A stretch of 64,000 nucleotides of DNA. Source: an uncultured delta proteobacterium. Its GTDB lineage: Bacteria; Myxococcota; Myxococcia; Myxococcales; Myxococcaceae. Positions within the stretch are counted from its first letter, which is position 1, and each line of letters opens with the position of its first letter. The DNA is taken from positions 966,216 to 1,030,215 of the forward strand of contig CAVSWU010000003.1 of NCBI GenBank assembly GCA_963731795.1, given 5' to 3'. A program made the position numbers and the translations under genes. Shown here piece after piece: positions 27,294 to 36,469 of this stretch. The notes under the pieces were generated by a model. It was not told the DNA's origin. It ran no database searches and saw nothing but the letters and a program-made list of their open reading frames with translations.

Positions 27294-29192
27294 ATGCTGA
27301 CCAAACTTGAATTATCGCGATTCCGGGGCTTCCGCCAAATCGAGGTCGGGCTCAAACCCGTGACTGTTGTCGCAGGACCTAACAGTTCCGGCAAGACCTC
27401 CATTCTCCATGCTGTCCGCCTTGCCTGCGCAGCTCTCGCACAAGTCCTGGACGACGAAACGATCAGCCCACGTGTGGACGGCAACACGGTAAGAATCTGT
27501 AGCGACCTAGTGATCCGTGACCACACTCGGCTGATGCGGGTGGGTGAGTGGGAAGAAATCTTCACCAGCCGCGAGGTTGGCGAAAGCATCACCATGGCAA
27601 TTACTCTGGGGTTTGACGACGCCTCCCCCATCCAAAAACTCCAGGCAAGCCTGACCTATGCGCGTAACGGCTTGCCTAAGATCTCGATGGTGGCCCATAG
27701 CCCAGCGATTGCTGATGTCGTCAAGGATGTTGCCAAGAAGTCTAAACACCGTCCCCAGCGAATTCGTGATGCATTGCGTAGATTTCAGCCAATAGCCGTA
27801 CTAGTGCCGGCCTTTTACGGAGTTATTCTAACGGAAGAATACCGATCGAAGGCTGTCGCCAGTCGCCTCCTTGAGGGTGGAGAGCAAAGCCGCATCGTCC
27901 GAAATCTTGTTTCGCGCCTTGATCCCCCAGCCTTTACGAGGCTCAATACATTCCTGAGGCGAACCGTTAGTGCTGAACTCACATGGGCCACTCCTGCTTT
28001 GGAAGCAGAGAACACCGAAAGGCTGGAAGTCCGCTTTCGCGACTGGGATGGTGAACTAGAGTTAAGCTCAGCAGGGGCGGGGCTCGTCAATCTGATTGCG
28101 TTGTATGCAGCATTGGAACGTTATCGCCCAGAACGCGCGGACAATCGCACGCTCATTTTCTTGCTCGATGAGCCTGAAGCTCATCTTCATCCCAAGTTAC
28201 AAGGGGATATTGGCTTGGCGCTGGCTGAACTGACTCGCGAGTTCGGGGCGCAGGTGATTGCAGCAACACATTCCATAGAGATGATCAATCGACTGGGACA
28301 ACGGGACGACACTGTGCTGCTTCATATGGATCGCGTCAAATCTTCGGCTACGCCTCTCACTGGCGAAGCAGACATTGTCCGTGAGTTGAGTGCATGGTGC
28401 GATCTGTCTCCGTTTACAACGATTAATTTCCTAGCCTCGCGTCGCATTCTCTTCCATGAAGGGCCGTCGGATGACGAGGTTCTCTCCCGCTGCGCCTCCG
28501 CATATTTCCGTAACGACGATGCACGATTGCGCGCTTTTCGCCGTTGGACATTTGTGCCACTGGATGGCGCCAGCAATGCAGATGCCTCCAACATACTTGT
28601 GAAGGTGTTGTCATCAAAGGTGTTTCCGTCGCTCCCCAAGGGAGATACGGTGTCGGTGGTTCGAGTTCTCGACAGAGATTTTGAACGCAAGCCAGGCATC
28701 AATACAAAATCTCATCAGCCGCACATCTCAGAGACGCGAGTAGTGTGGTCGCGTTACAGTATTGAGTCGCTCTTTCTGAGCCCGGAGTGCCTTGCGGCTT
28801 GGATAACCCCTCTGCTTGAGGGCGTTAGCGAAACCCAGATTCGCACATGGGTAGAGGAAGGCATTGCGGCAGCCAACAAAGATCAAGAATTGGAAGACAA
28901 AGCGTTTGATGGGCTTGCTGCAGTCTTAAGAACTCAAGTGCAGCCAAAAGAAGTGAACCCTAAGGCGCGCGAACTGGCTCGCCAAGAGCCAGAGATTTGG
29001 CAGCAAGGTCGCGCGCGAGCGGGCGCTGTTCTCGCCTACGTCAGGAACAAATTGCCAGCTTCGATGCAGAATAAGGTACGCAGTAGTATTCCAGGCCTGT
29101 TGAAGGCAACTCCTATTGACAAGCTTGGCAGTCTCGATGTGGTGGTGCCGGAAGAGATTCGGAGATTGCTGGATCTCATGACGAAGGCGTAG
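27294..29192 (+). CDS. OLD-family ATP-dependent endonuclease (ABC ATPase plus TOPRIM): class-1-like single-gene defense candidate
   Basis: Walker A 'GPNSSGKTS', Walker B 'LIFLLDEPEAHLHP', signature 'VIAATHS', then TOPRIM motifs 'ILFHEGPSDDEVL', 'FVPLDGASNA', 'VVRVLDRDFE' and 'WSRYSIESLFL'. Local GC is ~52-55% against ~70% background. Confidence 0.75.
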   Translation: MLTKLELSRFRGFRQIEVGLKPVTVVAGPNSSGKTSILHAVRLACAALAQVLDDETISPRVDGNTVRICSDLVIRDHTRLMRVGEWEEIFTSREVGESITMAITLGFDDASPIQKLQASLTYARNGLPKISMVAHSPAIADVVKDVAKKSKHRPQRIRDALRRFQPIAVLVPAFYGVILTEEYRSKAVASRLLEGGEQSRIVRNLVSRLDPPAFTRLNTFLRRTVSAELTWATPALEAENTERLEVRFRDWDGELELSSAGAGLVNLIALYAALERYRPERADNRTLIFLLDEPEAHLHPKLQGDIGLALAELTREFGAQVIAATHSIEMINRLGQRDDTVLLHMDRVKSSATPLTGEADIVRELSAWCDLSPFTTINFLASRRILFHEGPSDDEVLSRCASAYFRNDDARLRAFRRWTFVPLDGASNADASNILVKVLSSKVFPSLPKGDTVSVVRVLDRDFERKPGINTKSHQPHISETRVVWSRYSIESLFLSPECLAAWITPLLEGVSETQIRTWVEEGIAAANKDQELEDKAFDGLAAVLRTQVQPKEVNPKARELARQEPEIWQQGRARAGAVLAYVRNKLPASMQNKVRSSIPGLLKATPIDKLGSLDVVVPEEIRRLLDLMTKA

Positions 29193-29588
29193 GCCGCCTC
29201 AAGCGTGTGCGGAGCCGAAGCCGGAAGAGGCGAGTGTGCTGACTGAAGCGGCGGCGAGAGCGGAGCCATAGGAGCCGTCTGGAAATAACATTTCCAGTTC
29301 GACTGTTGTCAGAGCATGGATGGGGAAAGACGGACCTCCTGCCGGGTAAGTGGGTTTCCGGGCAGTACGCTCTGGCCGTCTGAGCCGCACCCGGGCGTGA
29401 AGCAACCCTGGAGCACAGGGAACGAGGCCCCCCTGAGGAGGAGGCCTGAGCAACAGAACCGTGTTCTGACCTGTCTTCTTCAGGCTCCCGGCCTTGGCGC
29501 GAATGTCGACGCGATGCAAGCGATCCGAGCCCCCCGTGCATCTCCCACACTTCTGCCTACCCAGGGACACGTTGCTGGGCTGTACTTT

Positions 29589-31142
29589 TCATCGCTGATC
29601 GCCTGGGCCGGAGGTGGGCTGGCGCTCAGGCGGAACGATCGGCACGTAGCACGCGCCCTGGTACACGTGGCCGCTGAGTGCCTCGCACCTCTCGCGATCC
29701 AACTTCACCCAACACCCTCCATTGAGGGCAACCAACTGCTTGTGAGGACACCGTCCCTTCGCATCGGGCCGCATCTGCCCCGGCAAGGGCTCGGGGAGCG
29801 GGTCCTCGGCTACCACCTCTCGCGAGGACTCGGGGGCTCCCTCCTCAGAGGCGATCGACGCGGCATCGCCGAGCCCCGCCGTGCCCGCGTCTGGCCGGTC
29901 CTTATCCGCAGCTTCTCTCCGAGCAAAAGAGGGGCTCTCCACGAAATGCCGGGCAACGGACCACCCCGCCCACGTGGCCAGCGCCAGGCCTGCAGCGGCT
30001 GTCGCAAGCCAGAGCCGCCGAGCCCATACCTGCGCTCGGGGCCTGACGCCTCGCGCGGAGACTCTCGCTCCAGCGGGCTCCTCGCTAACCTGTACCTCCC
30101 CCTCGGCCGCGTCCCGAGCGCGGTCGCTCACCTCGGCGGCGGGCACTTCCTCACGAGGCGGCACCGAAGGCCGTGGCAGTTCCTCCGCCACACTCGGCGG
30201 AGTGCTCACCGGCGCGAGGCGCTCCCCGGCCTGATCCAGCAGTTCGGCCAGCTCCGCCGCGCTGCCACGCTCCTCGGGGCGCACCGACAGCATGCGCACA
30301 ATCAACTCCCTCAGCGGCGCAGCCACGCGTGCCTCGTCCCGCAGCCCGGGCGGACACACCACGCTCTCCACCTGCCAGTTCCCTTCCTCATCCTGGCTGG
30401 GCTCGCCAAGCTCCGGGTACTCACCGCTCACCAGCCGGCACGCCGTCACTCCCAGCGCGTACACATCATCCGCGGGGCTGGCGCTGTAGCGCGCCCTGGG
30501 CTCTCGCAGGCTCCGCAGTTCGAGCAGGGCCGCCTCCGGCGAGCGGTAGGCCAGTGTCCCGGGTACCACCGTGGGCGGCGTGAGGGTCGCCGCCTCCGCG
30601 TAGGAGCCCGCACCGAAGTCCGTGAGGATCGCTCGACCGTCCGTGCGCCGCACCAGGATGTTGCCGCCCTTCACGTCCCGGTGCAGGCCCCCTTGCGCAT
30701 GCAGCGCCTCCAGCGCCCGCGCGAGCTGGGCCAGCAGCCTCAGCACCTGCTCACAGCTCGGAGCTTGCCGCAGGGCCCACTCGTACAGCGGCACTCCCTC
30801 CACCCACTGCATCACCAGATACGGATGACGGGTGCCTCCGGGGTGCTGCCACTCTCCCGAGTCCACCAGGCGCGGCACACTCGGATGCTCCACTCGCGAC
30901 AGCAGCGTCGCCTCACGCGCGAACCGCGGATCTCCCGGGTACATGGCCACCTTGAGCGCCACCGGGCCGGCCTGCTCCTGCCCCACTCGCTCCGCCTGAT
31001 ACACCGCTCCCTGGATGCCCTGCCCCGCCCACGCCACCACCCGCCACGGCCCCACCTCCATCCCTGGACAGAGCAAGGCCGGATGCGGCGCGGGGGCGGG
31101 AGGGCTCTTCATGCGGGGCCTCGCGGAAGAAGGGCTGCTCAC
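29589..31142 (-). CDS. serine/threonine protein kinase with TM segment and Cys-rich C-terminal extracytoplasmic domain
   Basis: Hanks motifs 'ALKV', 'HRDVKGGNIL', 'DFG' and 'GTLAYRSPE', a mid TM helix 'LWLATAAAGLALATWAGW', and a C-terminal 6-Cys region. Start is either 31142 or the Met at 31061. Confidence 0.8.
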   Translation of the reverse strand: MSSPSSARPRMKSPPAPAPHPALLCPGMEVGPWRVVAWAGQGIQGAVYQAERVGQEQAGPVALKVAMYPGDPRFAREATLLSRVEHPSVPRLVDSGEWQHPGGTRHPYLVMQWVEGVPLYEWALRQAPSCEQVLRLLAQLARALEALHAQGGLHRDVKGGNILVRRTDGRAILTDFGAGSYAEAATLTPPTVVPGTLAYRSPEAALLELRSLREPRARYSASPADDVYALGVTACRLVSGEYPELGEPSQDEEGNWQVESVVCPPGLRDEARVAAPLRELIVRMLSVRPEERGSAAELAELLDQAGERLAPVSTPPSVAEELPRPSVPPREEVPAAEVSDRARDAAEGEVQVSEEPAGARVSARGVRPRAQVWARRLWLATAAAGLALATWAGWSVARHFVESPSFARREAADKDRPDAGTAGLGDAASIASEEGAPESSREVVAEDPLPEPLPGQMRPDAKGRCPHKQLVALNGGCWVKLDRERCEALSGHVYQGACYVPIVPPERQPTSGPGDQR

Positions 31143-31277
31143 TCTACTCGCGTGCCGCCTCCGTCACGATGAAACAGCAACCTCTCCGGGCACGCGGCGG
31201 TGCTGCGAGTGGGAGCACATCCAGCGCGTGCTCGCGGACTGTATACTCTGGCGGTGCTGCGGATTCGCCAAGAGCAG

Positions 31278-31661
31278 ATGGACGCCTTTCGGGCCGACAG
31301 GGAGCGGAAGTTCGCTCGCGATGTGGCCAGGTACCTGCGTGACCGCTTTCCCGGTGCTGTCGCCGGCCTCGACGATGCCGAACTCGAGCGACGCGGGCTC
31401 GTGGGGCTCGCGAGAGGGCGCAGGCACGGGCTGAGTGACGAGCGGACCCTCCTCTCGTTCATCTCGCTCATGTTCCGATTCGCGCCGAACTTCGATGAGC
31501 ACCCACGCCTCGGAGCAGTGCTGAGGGCGAGCGGAGAGCCCCCCGGGCTCCGATTCCAGAGGATGACCGCGCTGGCGACGGAGGCGGACTGGGAGGAGGT
31601 CCGGCGCAGGCGGGATGAATCGGCCTGGGAGGATGGCACCTGCTCCACCCGGCATCCCTGA
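31278..31661 (+). CDS. small hypothetical helical protein upstream of the large metzincin-like gene
   Basis: Track ORF 31200..31661 has protein-like composition and no frameshift. The start is uncertain (31200 or the Met at 31278) and no homology was recognised. Confidence 0.3.
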   Translation: MDAFRADRERKFARDVARYLRDRFPGAVAGLDDAELERRGLVGLARGRRHGLSDERTLLSFISLMFRFAPNFDEHPRLGAVLRASGEPPGLRFQRMTALATEADWEEVRRRRDESAWEDGTCSTRHP

Positions 31662-31716
31662 TGTGCTGGCACGTGGGTTCCCGTGCCCTGTAACCACCGA
31701 TGTAGAAGGAGGGTGG

Positions 31717-34314
31717 ATGTATCCGCCGAAGCTCCTGTTCAAGGCCTTTCCCGAGGGGAAACCCTCCTCCCTGTCCCTGGAGCAATCCTGCTCACGCGAG
31801 AGCCTCAAGCGGTGCGGCATCACGGGCCTCACCCTGAAGCCTCACTCGGCGGAGGGCCACTTCTTCACGGCCCCCCATTCGCAGCTCGAGCCCGGAGCCG
31901 CGGGGCGGTATCAGCTCGCGCCAGGAGCGGACGAGGGGCTCAAGCTCGGTTGGTCCTTCTCCGGCTCCCAGCACATCCGCTCGGCGGACATCGAGCTCTA
32001 CACTCGCTCGTCGTCCCCCTCCGAGCCGTTCTGGCGGAGGATCCTGCACTGGAAGAACGCGGAGACCCGGAAGGACTCGGGAGAATGTCCCTTCGATGGA
32101 GTGCTGAGCAGCGGAGTGCGGGACGAGGGCGGGCTCGAAATCCTGGATGTGGCGGTGAACGTCTCGAAGGAAATGTTCCCGGCGGGTTGTCTGAGCGTCG
32201 AGCACGCGCCGTATCTGCTCAAGATGACGATCGCTCCCGAACCCGATGTGGCCGTGGAGGTCGGGTCCGCGTGGATATACCTGGACGTCGTGGCGGCGGA
32301 GATCCGGCTCTCCCTGGGTGACGAGAACATGCTGCGCTCGTCTCCCGAGGGGGACAAGGAGCGGGCCATCCTCCGGGAGATGCGGGAGATGGGGTCCTTT
32401 CCAGCGAATGAAGAAAGCCTCGCGAAGGTCCTGCTGCCCAGCAACATCTTCAGCACGAACACCGATGAGTGGCACGAGCTGAACCAGGATGTGCCGTTCG
32501 AGAGGTACAAGGCCGCATGGGGGAACGGGCCGGAGCTTCCCCTCTTCGCGGAGTTCCTCGTGCGCGACTCGAAGGGCAACGCCGTGTCCGCTCCCCGGGC
32601 CGTGGCGGGGTCCCAACTCCTGTGGGACTGGAGCGAGCCCCTCTCGCCGCCACTCAAGCTCAACGGGGGCCGCACGGCCGAAGGGGACGAGGCGCACATC
32701 AACGACTACCTCGAGCGCTACACGAAGGGCAAGGCGCCCTCCTCGGCCTTCTCCAAGGGGAACAACTGTCACGCCGACCATGGTGGAAAGGGGGGCTCGA
32801 GCGATGCGCTGGACCGCGTCCTCTCCCTGGTCTCCCATGAGAGCCGGAGCGGGTTCCCGTTCGAGGTGCGGAGCCCCGCGAACCGGACATGGGCCGCCAT
32901 CAGCCGCATCCAGGGCGAGGGCCCCCATGCCGGCAAGACCGGGGTGATCTTCCAGCCCTCACGCATGGCCGGAGATTCGTACCGGGTGAGCGCCTGCTGG
33001 TGTTACGACAGTGAGGGAACCGGTGTCGGACTGCTCGACGACACCCAGGAGGACATCCCGGTGACCCTCCGTGGGACGAGCGGTACCTTCCAGGTCTGGC
33101 GGCAGCTCCACCTGGTCCAATATGTCGACCAGGCGCTTCGGCCCCTCCAGGTCGTCACGTCAGCACCTTCTCTCCAGACGAGCACTTCCGGCAAAACGCC
33201 GAAGGAGGAGTTCGACGAGCTCGACAAGATGCTGAAGGCCGCCTTCGGCGAAGGTGGCTTCAGTTACGAAGACTGGCTTCCGAGGTGGCTCAAGACCGGG
33301 AAGGATCAGGACCTCATCCTCGGAGAGCTGGAGCTGGATAATGCCATGGGAAAGGCCCAGAGACTTCGGGACCTCCACAACCAACAACAGCTCGAGTCCG
33401 ACCAGAGCCTCCAGCCGTCGCTCCCCTCCGCCAAGACGCCCGAGCCCGCCTGGAAGCGGGAGTTCGATCGGCTCAGCCGGCGCTACGCGCACGCATTCAT
33501 CGATTTGAAGTGCTTCTTCCAAGAGCCCACGTCCATTCAGGGCTTCCACCAGAAGGTCATCACCGCGGTCCAGAGGCTCGGCAGCGATGTCATCTCCGCG
33601 GCGGTGAAGCTCGATGACGAGAGGTGGCTCAAGGGGGCCTACGTCCTGCATTTCCGCAGCTACTCCGATTTCAAGAAGGAGTACCTGAAGGGGTCCGGAG
33701 GCAGGTCGCTCAAGGACCTGGAGCAATACTTCTCCGGGAATGGGCCGAAAGAGAGACAGCGGTGCGGGCCGGGGACCAGCGACCAGGAACTGTGTGAACT
33801 CTACGAGGGGAGCAACAAGGGATGGGCCCAGTGGGTCCTCGAGAGGGTCGTCGAGGAGGATCTCTCGGGGGCGGCGGAGGGCATCTATATCTTCGACCTG
33901 CCGGGCTGCTGCTGCCGAGACCATGAGGAGAATGGCGAGCCGCTGCAGGTGACCATCCTGGGTTTTGCCATGCTCTTCCCCTCGACGAAGGGGAAGGTAG
34001 CAGTGTTCGCCAACCTATGTAGCGTCGAGGACTACGATGATGCCAGGAGGAAGTCCGGCGCGGAGAAGGATGTCGAGCTGAGCATGGGGGTCACCGCGGC
34101 CCATGAGCTCGGGCACAGTCTCTTCCTGGCGCATGCACCGCTCGCCGCGGATGATCGGCCCGAGAATAAAAGTCACACCGCAGGGGTCGAGCCAGACTTC
34201 CACCACTCGGAGATGCTGACCTGCCTCATGGGCTACCACGCGAACAACCAGTACTTCTGTGGTCTGTGCCTGCTCCGGCTCAGGGGGTGGTCGCGACAGA
34301 AGTTGAAGTCTTGA
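31717..34314 (+). CDS. large (865-aa) hypothetical protein with a C-terminal matrixin-like zinc-metallopeptidase motif
   Basis: A strong AGGAGGG RBS lies before ATG 31717. There is no signal peptide. The motif 'AAHELGHSLFLAHA' (HExxHxxxxxH, compare matrixin 'HEFGHSLGLSHS') is followed by a possible Met-turn 'CLMGY'. A CCC/CxxC-rich segment 'LPGCCCRDHEENG' is present. GC is ~60-62%. Confidence 0.55.
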   Translation: MYPPKLLFKAFPEGKPSSLSLEQSCSRESLKRCGITGLTLKPHSAEGHFFTAPHSQLEPGAAGRYQLAPGADEGLKLGWSFSGSQHIRSADIELYTRSSSPSEPFWRRILHWKNAETRKDSGECPFDGVLSSGVRDEGGLEILDVAVNVSKEMFPAGCLSVEHAPYLLKMTIAPEPDVAVEVGSAWIYLDVVAAEIRLSLGDENMLRSSPEGDKERAILREMREMGSFPANEESLAKVLLPSNIFSTNTDEWHELNQDVPFERYKAAWGNGPELPLFAEFLVRDSKGNAVSAPRAVAGSQLLWDWSEPLSPPLKLNGGRTAEGDEAHINDYLERYTKGKAPSSAFSKGNNCHADHGGKGGSSDALDRVLSLVSHESRSGFPFEVRSPANRTWAAISRIQGEGPHAGKTGVIFQPSRMAGDSYRVSACWCYDSEGTGVGLLDDTQEDIPVTLRGTSGTFQVWRQLHLVQYVDQALRPLQVVTSAPSLQTSTSGKTPKEEFDELDKMLKAAFGEGGFSYEDWLPRWLKTGKDQDLILGELELDNAMGKAQRLRDLHNQQQLESDQSLQPSLPSAKTPEPAWKREFDRLSRRYAHAFIDLKCFFQEPTSIQGFHQKVITAVQRLGSDVISAAVKLDDERWLKGAYVLHFRSYSDFKKEYLKGSGGRSLKDLEQYFSGNGPKERQRCGPGTSDQELCELYEGSNKGWAQWVLERVVEEDLSGAAEGIYIFDLPGCCCRDHEENGEPLQVTILGFAMLFPSTKGKVAVFANLCSVEDYDDARRKSGAEKDVELSMGVTAAHELGHSLFLAHAPLAADDRPENKSHTAGVEPDFHHSEMLTCLMGYHANNQYFCGLCLLRLRGWSRQKLKS

Positions 34315-34418
34315 GCCAAGCTGAATTCTTCAGGCTCCCGGCTTTGCCCGTCGAGCTGCCCCTCCCCCAGGCATGTAGAGTGAAGGCCCGGCAGCCCTGC
34401 CGCTGGAAGGAGCCACAT

Positions 34419-34748
34419 CTGAAAATCTCGAACATTCCCTTCTGCACAACGGACTGGAGCACGCTCCAGCCCACGGAGCACCCGGGGGCCTCAGGCAAGG
34501 CGCTCTGGCGGACGGTCCAGGCCGGAGACATCCGGGTCCGGCTCGTTGAGTACACACCCGGGTACGTGGCGGACCACTGGTGCAGCCGCGGACATATCTT
34601 GCTCGTGCTTGAGGGGACGCTGCTCACGGAGCTGAAGGACGGCCGGCGTTTCGAGCTCGGGCCGATGATGAGCTACCAGGTCTCCGATGACGACGGGGCC
34701 CACCGCTCGTCGACAGAGACAGGGGCCAGGCTTTTCATCGTGGACTGA
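34419..34748 (+). CDS. DHCW-motif cupin fold protein
   Basis: 'LVEYTPGYVADHWCSRGHILLVLEG' matches the DHCW cupin family. The alignment-implied start is a CTG at 34419 (possibly ATG before an indel). The track ORF extends upstream across the previous gene's stop. Confidence 0.5.
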   Translation: MKISNIPFCTTDWSTLQPTEHPGASGKALWRTVQAGDIRVRLVEYTPGYVADHWCSRGHILLVLEGTLLTELKDGRRFELGPMMSYQVSDDDGAHRSSTETGARLFIVD

Positions 34749-34802
34749 GCTCGCTGGCAGCGGCTTGCTGGAGGCTCACTCTACCCTCCCTGCGCCCTTT
34801 CG

Positions 34803-35357
34803 TTACCGCTCCCCCCAGAGGAAGGACAGATCCAGCTCCAGGGCCTCGAACGGCTCGGCGCGCACGCGAGCCAGCCCCTGATGCGTGACGAGCAGCACGT
34901 ACCGAGCCCCCTCCCACCGGAACACCTCCAGCGTGCGCGCCTCCGGATCCATCAACCAGACGTGCCGCACGCCCTCGCGCCCACAGACGGGAAGCTTGAC
35001 GCCTCGATCGAGCGCGGCGGTGGAGGGGGAGAGCACCTCGCACACCCAGTCGGGCGCCAGGGTGAAAGCCGCGGTGCGCGGGGGCCGGGGCATGCGCTCC
35101 CGGCGCCAGCCCGCAAGGTCGGGCACCAGGACGTCCTCCCCGAAGTGCAGCTCGGGCTCATAAAGGATGATCCACCCGCCAGGTCCGCCACGCCCCTCAT
35201 CGAACGGGCCGGACAACCCGCCCCCCAGGCGAGAAGCCGCTACCGTATGCGGTGCCGCTGGCCGGGGACTGACGTGCAGCTCCCCAGCGATGAGCTCTCC
35301 TACGACGTACTCGGGCAGTGCCTCCAGATCCGCGTAGGTGGCCGGCTTCCTTCCCAT
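34803..35357 (-). CDS. Uma2 family endonuclease (DUF820, restriction-endonuclease-like fold)
   Basis: 'YEPELHFGEDVLVPDLAGW...APDWVCEVLSPST...' matches PD-(D/E)xK Uma2 proteins. It is a paralogue of 56771..57334. Confidence 0.7.
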   Translation of the reverse strand: MGRKPATYADLEALPEYVVGELIAGELHVSPRPAAPHTVAASRLGGGLSGPFDEGRGGPGGWIILYEPELHFGEDVLVPDLAGWRRERMPRPPRTAAFTLAPDWVCEVLSPSTAALDRGVKLPVCGREGVRHVWLMDPEARTLEVFRWEGARYVLLVTHQGLARVRAEPFEALELDLSFLWGER

Positions 35358-35540
35358 GACTTCCTCATTTTCCTCGACGCCCATCCCTGTTTCCATAGGA
35401 GAGGCATACCAACCCGGTCTGACGTAGAAGGTCGGGCTTCAGAGCCCTTCCTCTCAGGTTGTCCCTGACGATCGCTGGATGCAAGAGCCTTCGGTCCATG
35501 ATCGCTCGGTCACCCGAGCCAGCCGCGATAAACAACGTCC

Positions 35541-35805
35541 ATGGCCGAGCGTTTTTTCAGACTCGCCGACGATAGCCCGCCAGCGCGGAGGGCGTCACCG
35601 AGCACGTGGCAGCAAGCCGTCGCACAGGATCGCCAACTGGCGCGCGCGGCTCTTCTCGGACGCGCTGGCGGACCTGTACGCTCCGGACGGCGTCCACGAG
35701 TTCTCCTTCACCCGCGACGGGAAGGGCATCGAACGTCGCGGCCTCGTCCTCTTCCGCGCCTCGGACGGAAAGCTCCGTGAGCAATGGAGCGCGTACGGAG
35801 CGTGA
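35541..35805 (+). pseudogene. possible small SnoaL/NTF2-like protein, frameshifted fragment
   Basis: 'MAERFFRLADDSP' in one frame and '...WRARLFSDALADLYAPDGVHEFSFTRDGKGIERRGLVLFRASDGKLREQW*' in another. Weak. Confidence 0.2.
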
Positions 35806-35889
35806 GTCACCTTGGCCGCGCGGCGGGAGTCCACTGCCGGGCGCCATGCTTCGGGTAGATTCGCCGGACCTCGGTTCAGGCTCTGCCCC

Positions 35890-36363
35890 ATGAAAGCTCC
35901 GCGCCCCCTCCCGTTCCTGCTCGCGCTCGTGCTCGCCACCGTCGCGCAAGCCGGCGAGGATCCCGATTCCCTCACCGGCTTCTTCGAGGCCCAGTTCAAG
36001 GCATTCCCCGCGACGCAGGCTCCCTTGAAGGCCAAGGCCCAGATTCAATGGACTCCGAGGGCACGCCGCTATCGCACGCGGATCAAGGAGGCCTGGGCGG
36101 AGGCGAAGGAGCCGAACTTCGCGGGGCACTTCTACGCGGTGGAGAACATCGGCTGCGGTACCGGGTGCCAGGTCATCTTCGTCATCGACTGGAACACCGG
36201 CGAGATCTTCTCCCCACCCGAGGACCAATACTTCGCGGTGCGCAAGGACAGCCGGCTGATGATCCTGAAGCCCTACGACTTCTGCTCAGCGTACGGGCCG
36301 CCGATCCTGTTGGAGTTCACGGGGAAGCTCTTTCGCGAGGTGAAGCACGACAAGTGCAGATGA
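35890..36363 (+). CDS. secreted hypothetical protein
   Basis: Signal peptide 'MKAPRPLPFLLALVLATVAQA'. The mature domain has 4 Cys and no recognised family. Confidence 0.5.
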   Translation: MKAPRPLPFLLALVLATVAQAGEDPDSLTGFFEAQFKAFPATQAPLKAKAQIQWTPRARRYRTRIKEAWAEAKEPNFAGHFYAVENIGCGTGCQVIFVIDWNTGEIFSPPEDQYFAVRKDSRLMILKPYDFCSAYGPPILLEFTGKLFREVKHDKCR

Positions 36364-36469
36364 GGAGCAGTCGCGGGCGGAGGGACGCGATGGAAGCTGG
36401 CGCCACCATCCGCCTCCGAAGTATGCGCTCCACGTCGCGGAGAACCTCAATGCTGGAGTACTCCCCCTC

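Noticed and set aside
27294-29192. Possibility that the ATPase-TOPRIM gene is Gabija GajA or a PARIS AriA.
   Set aside because: No UvrD-like helicase (GajB) or separate DUF4435/TOPRIM partner (AriB) is adjacent. The downstream gene is a convergent kinase. The TOPRIM is fused to the ATPase as in class-1 OLD.
29473-34342. 17-bp exact direct repeat TTCTTCAGGCTCCCGGC (extended imperfectly to ~24 bp) at ~29473 and ~34326, flanking the kinase/metzincin block, as possible att sites.
   Set aside because: An exact 17-mer recurring once in 64 kb on either strand has an expectation of ~0.2-0.5 by chance. There is no integrase/transposase inside the block, and no inverted-repeat or hairpin structure. 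It is kept only as a weak note under the metzincin finding.
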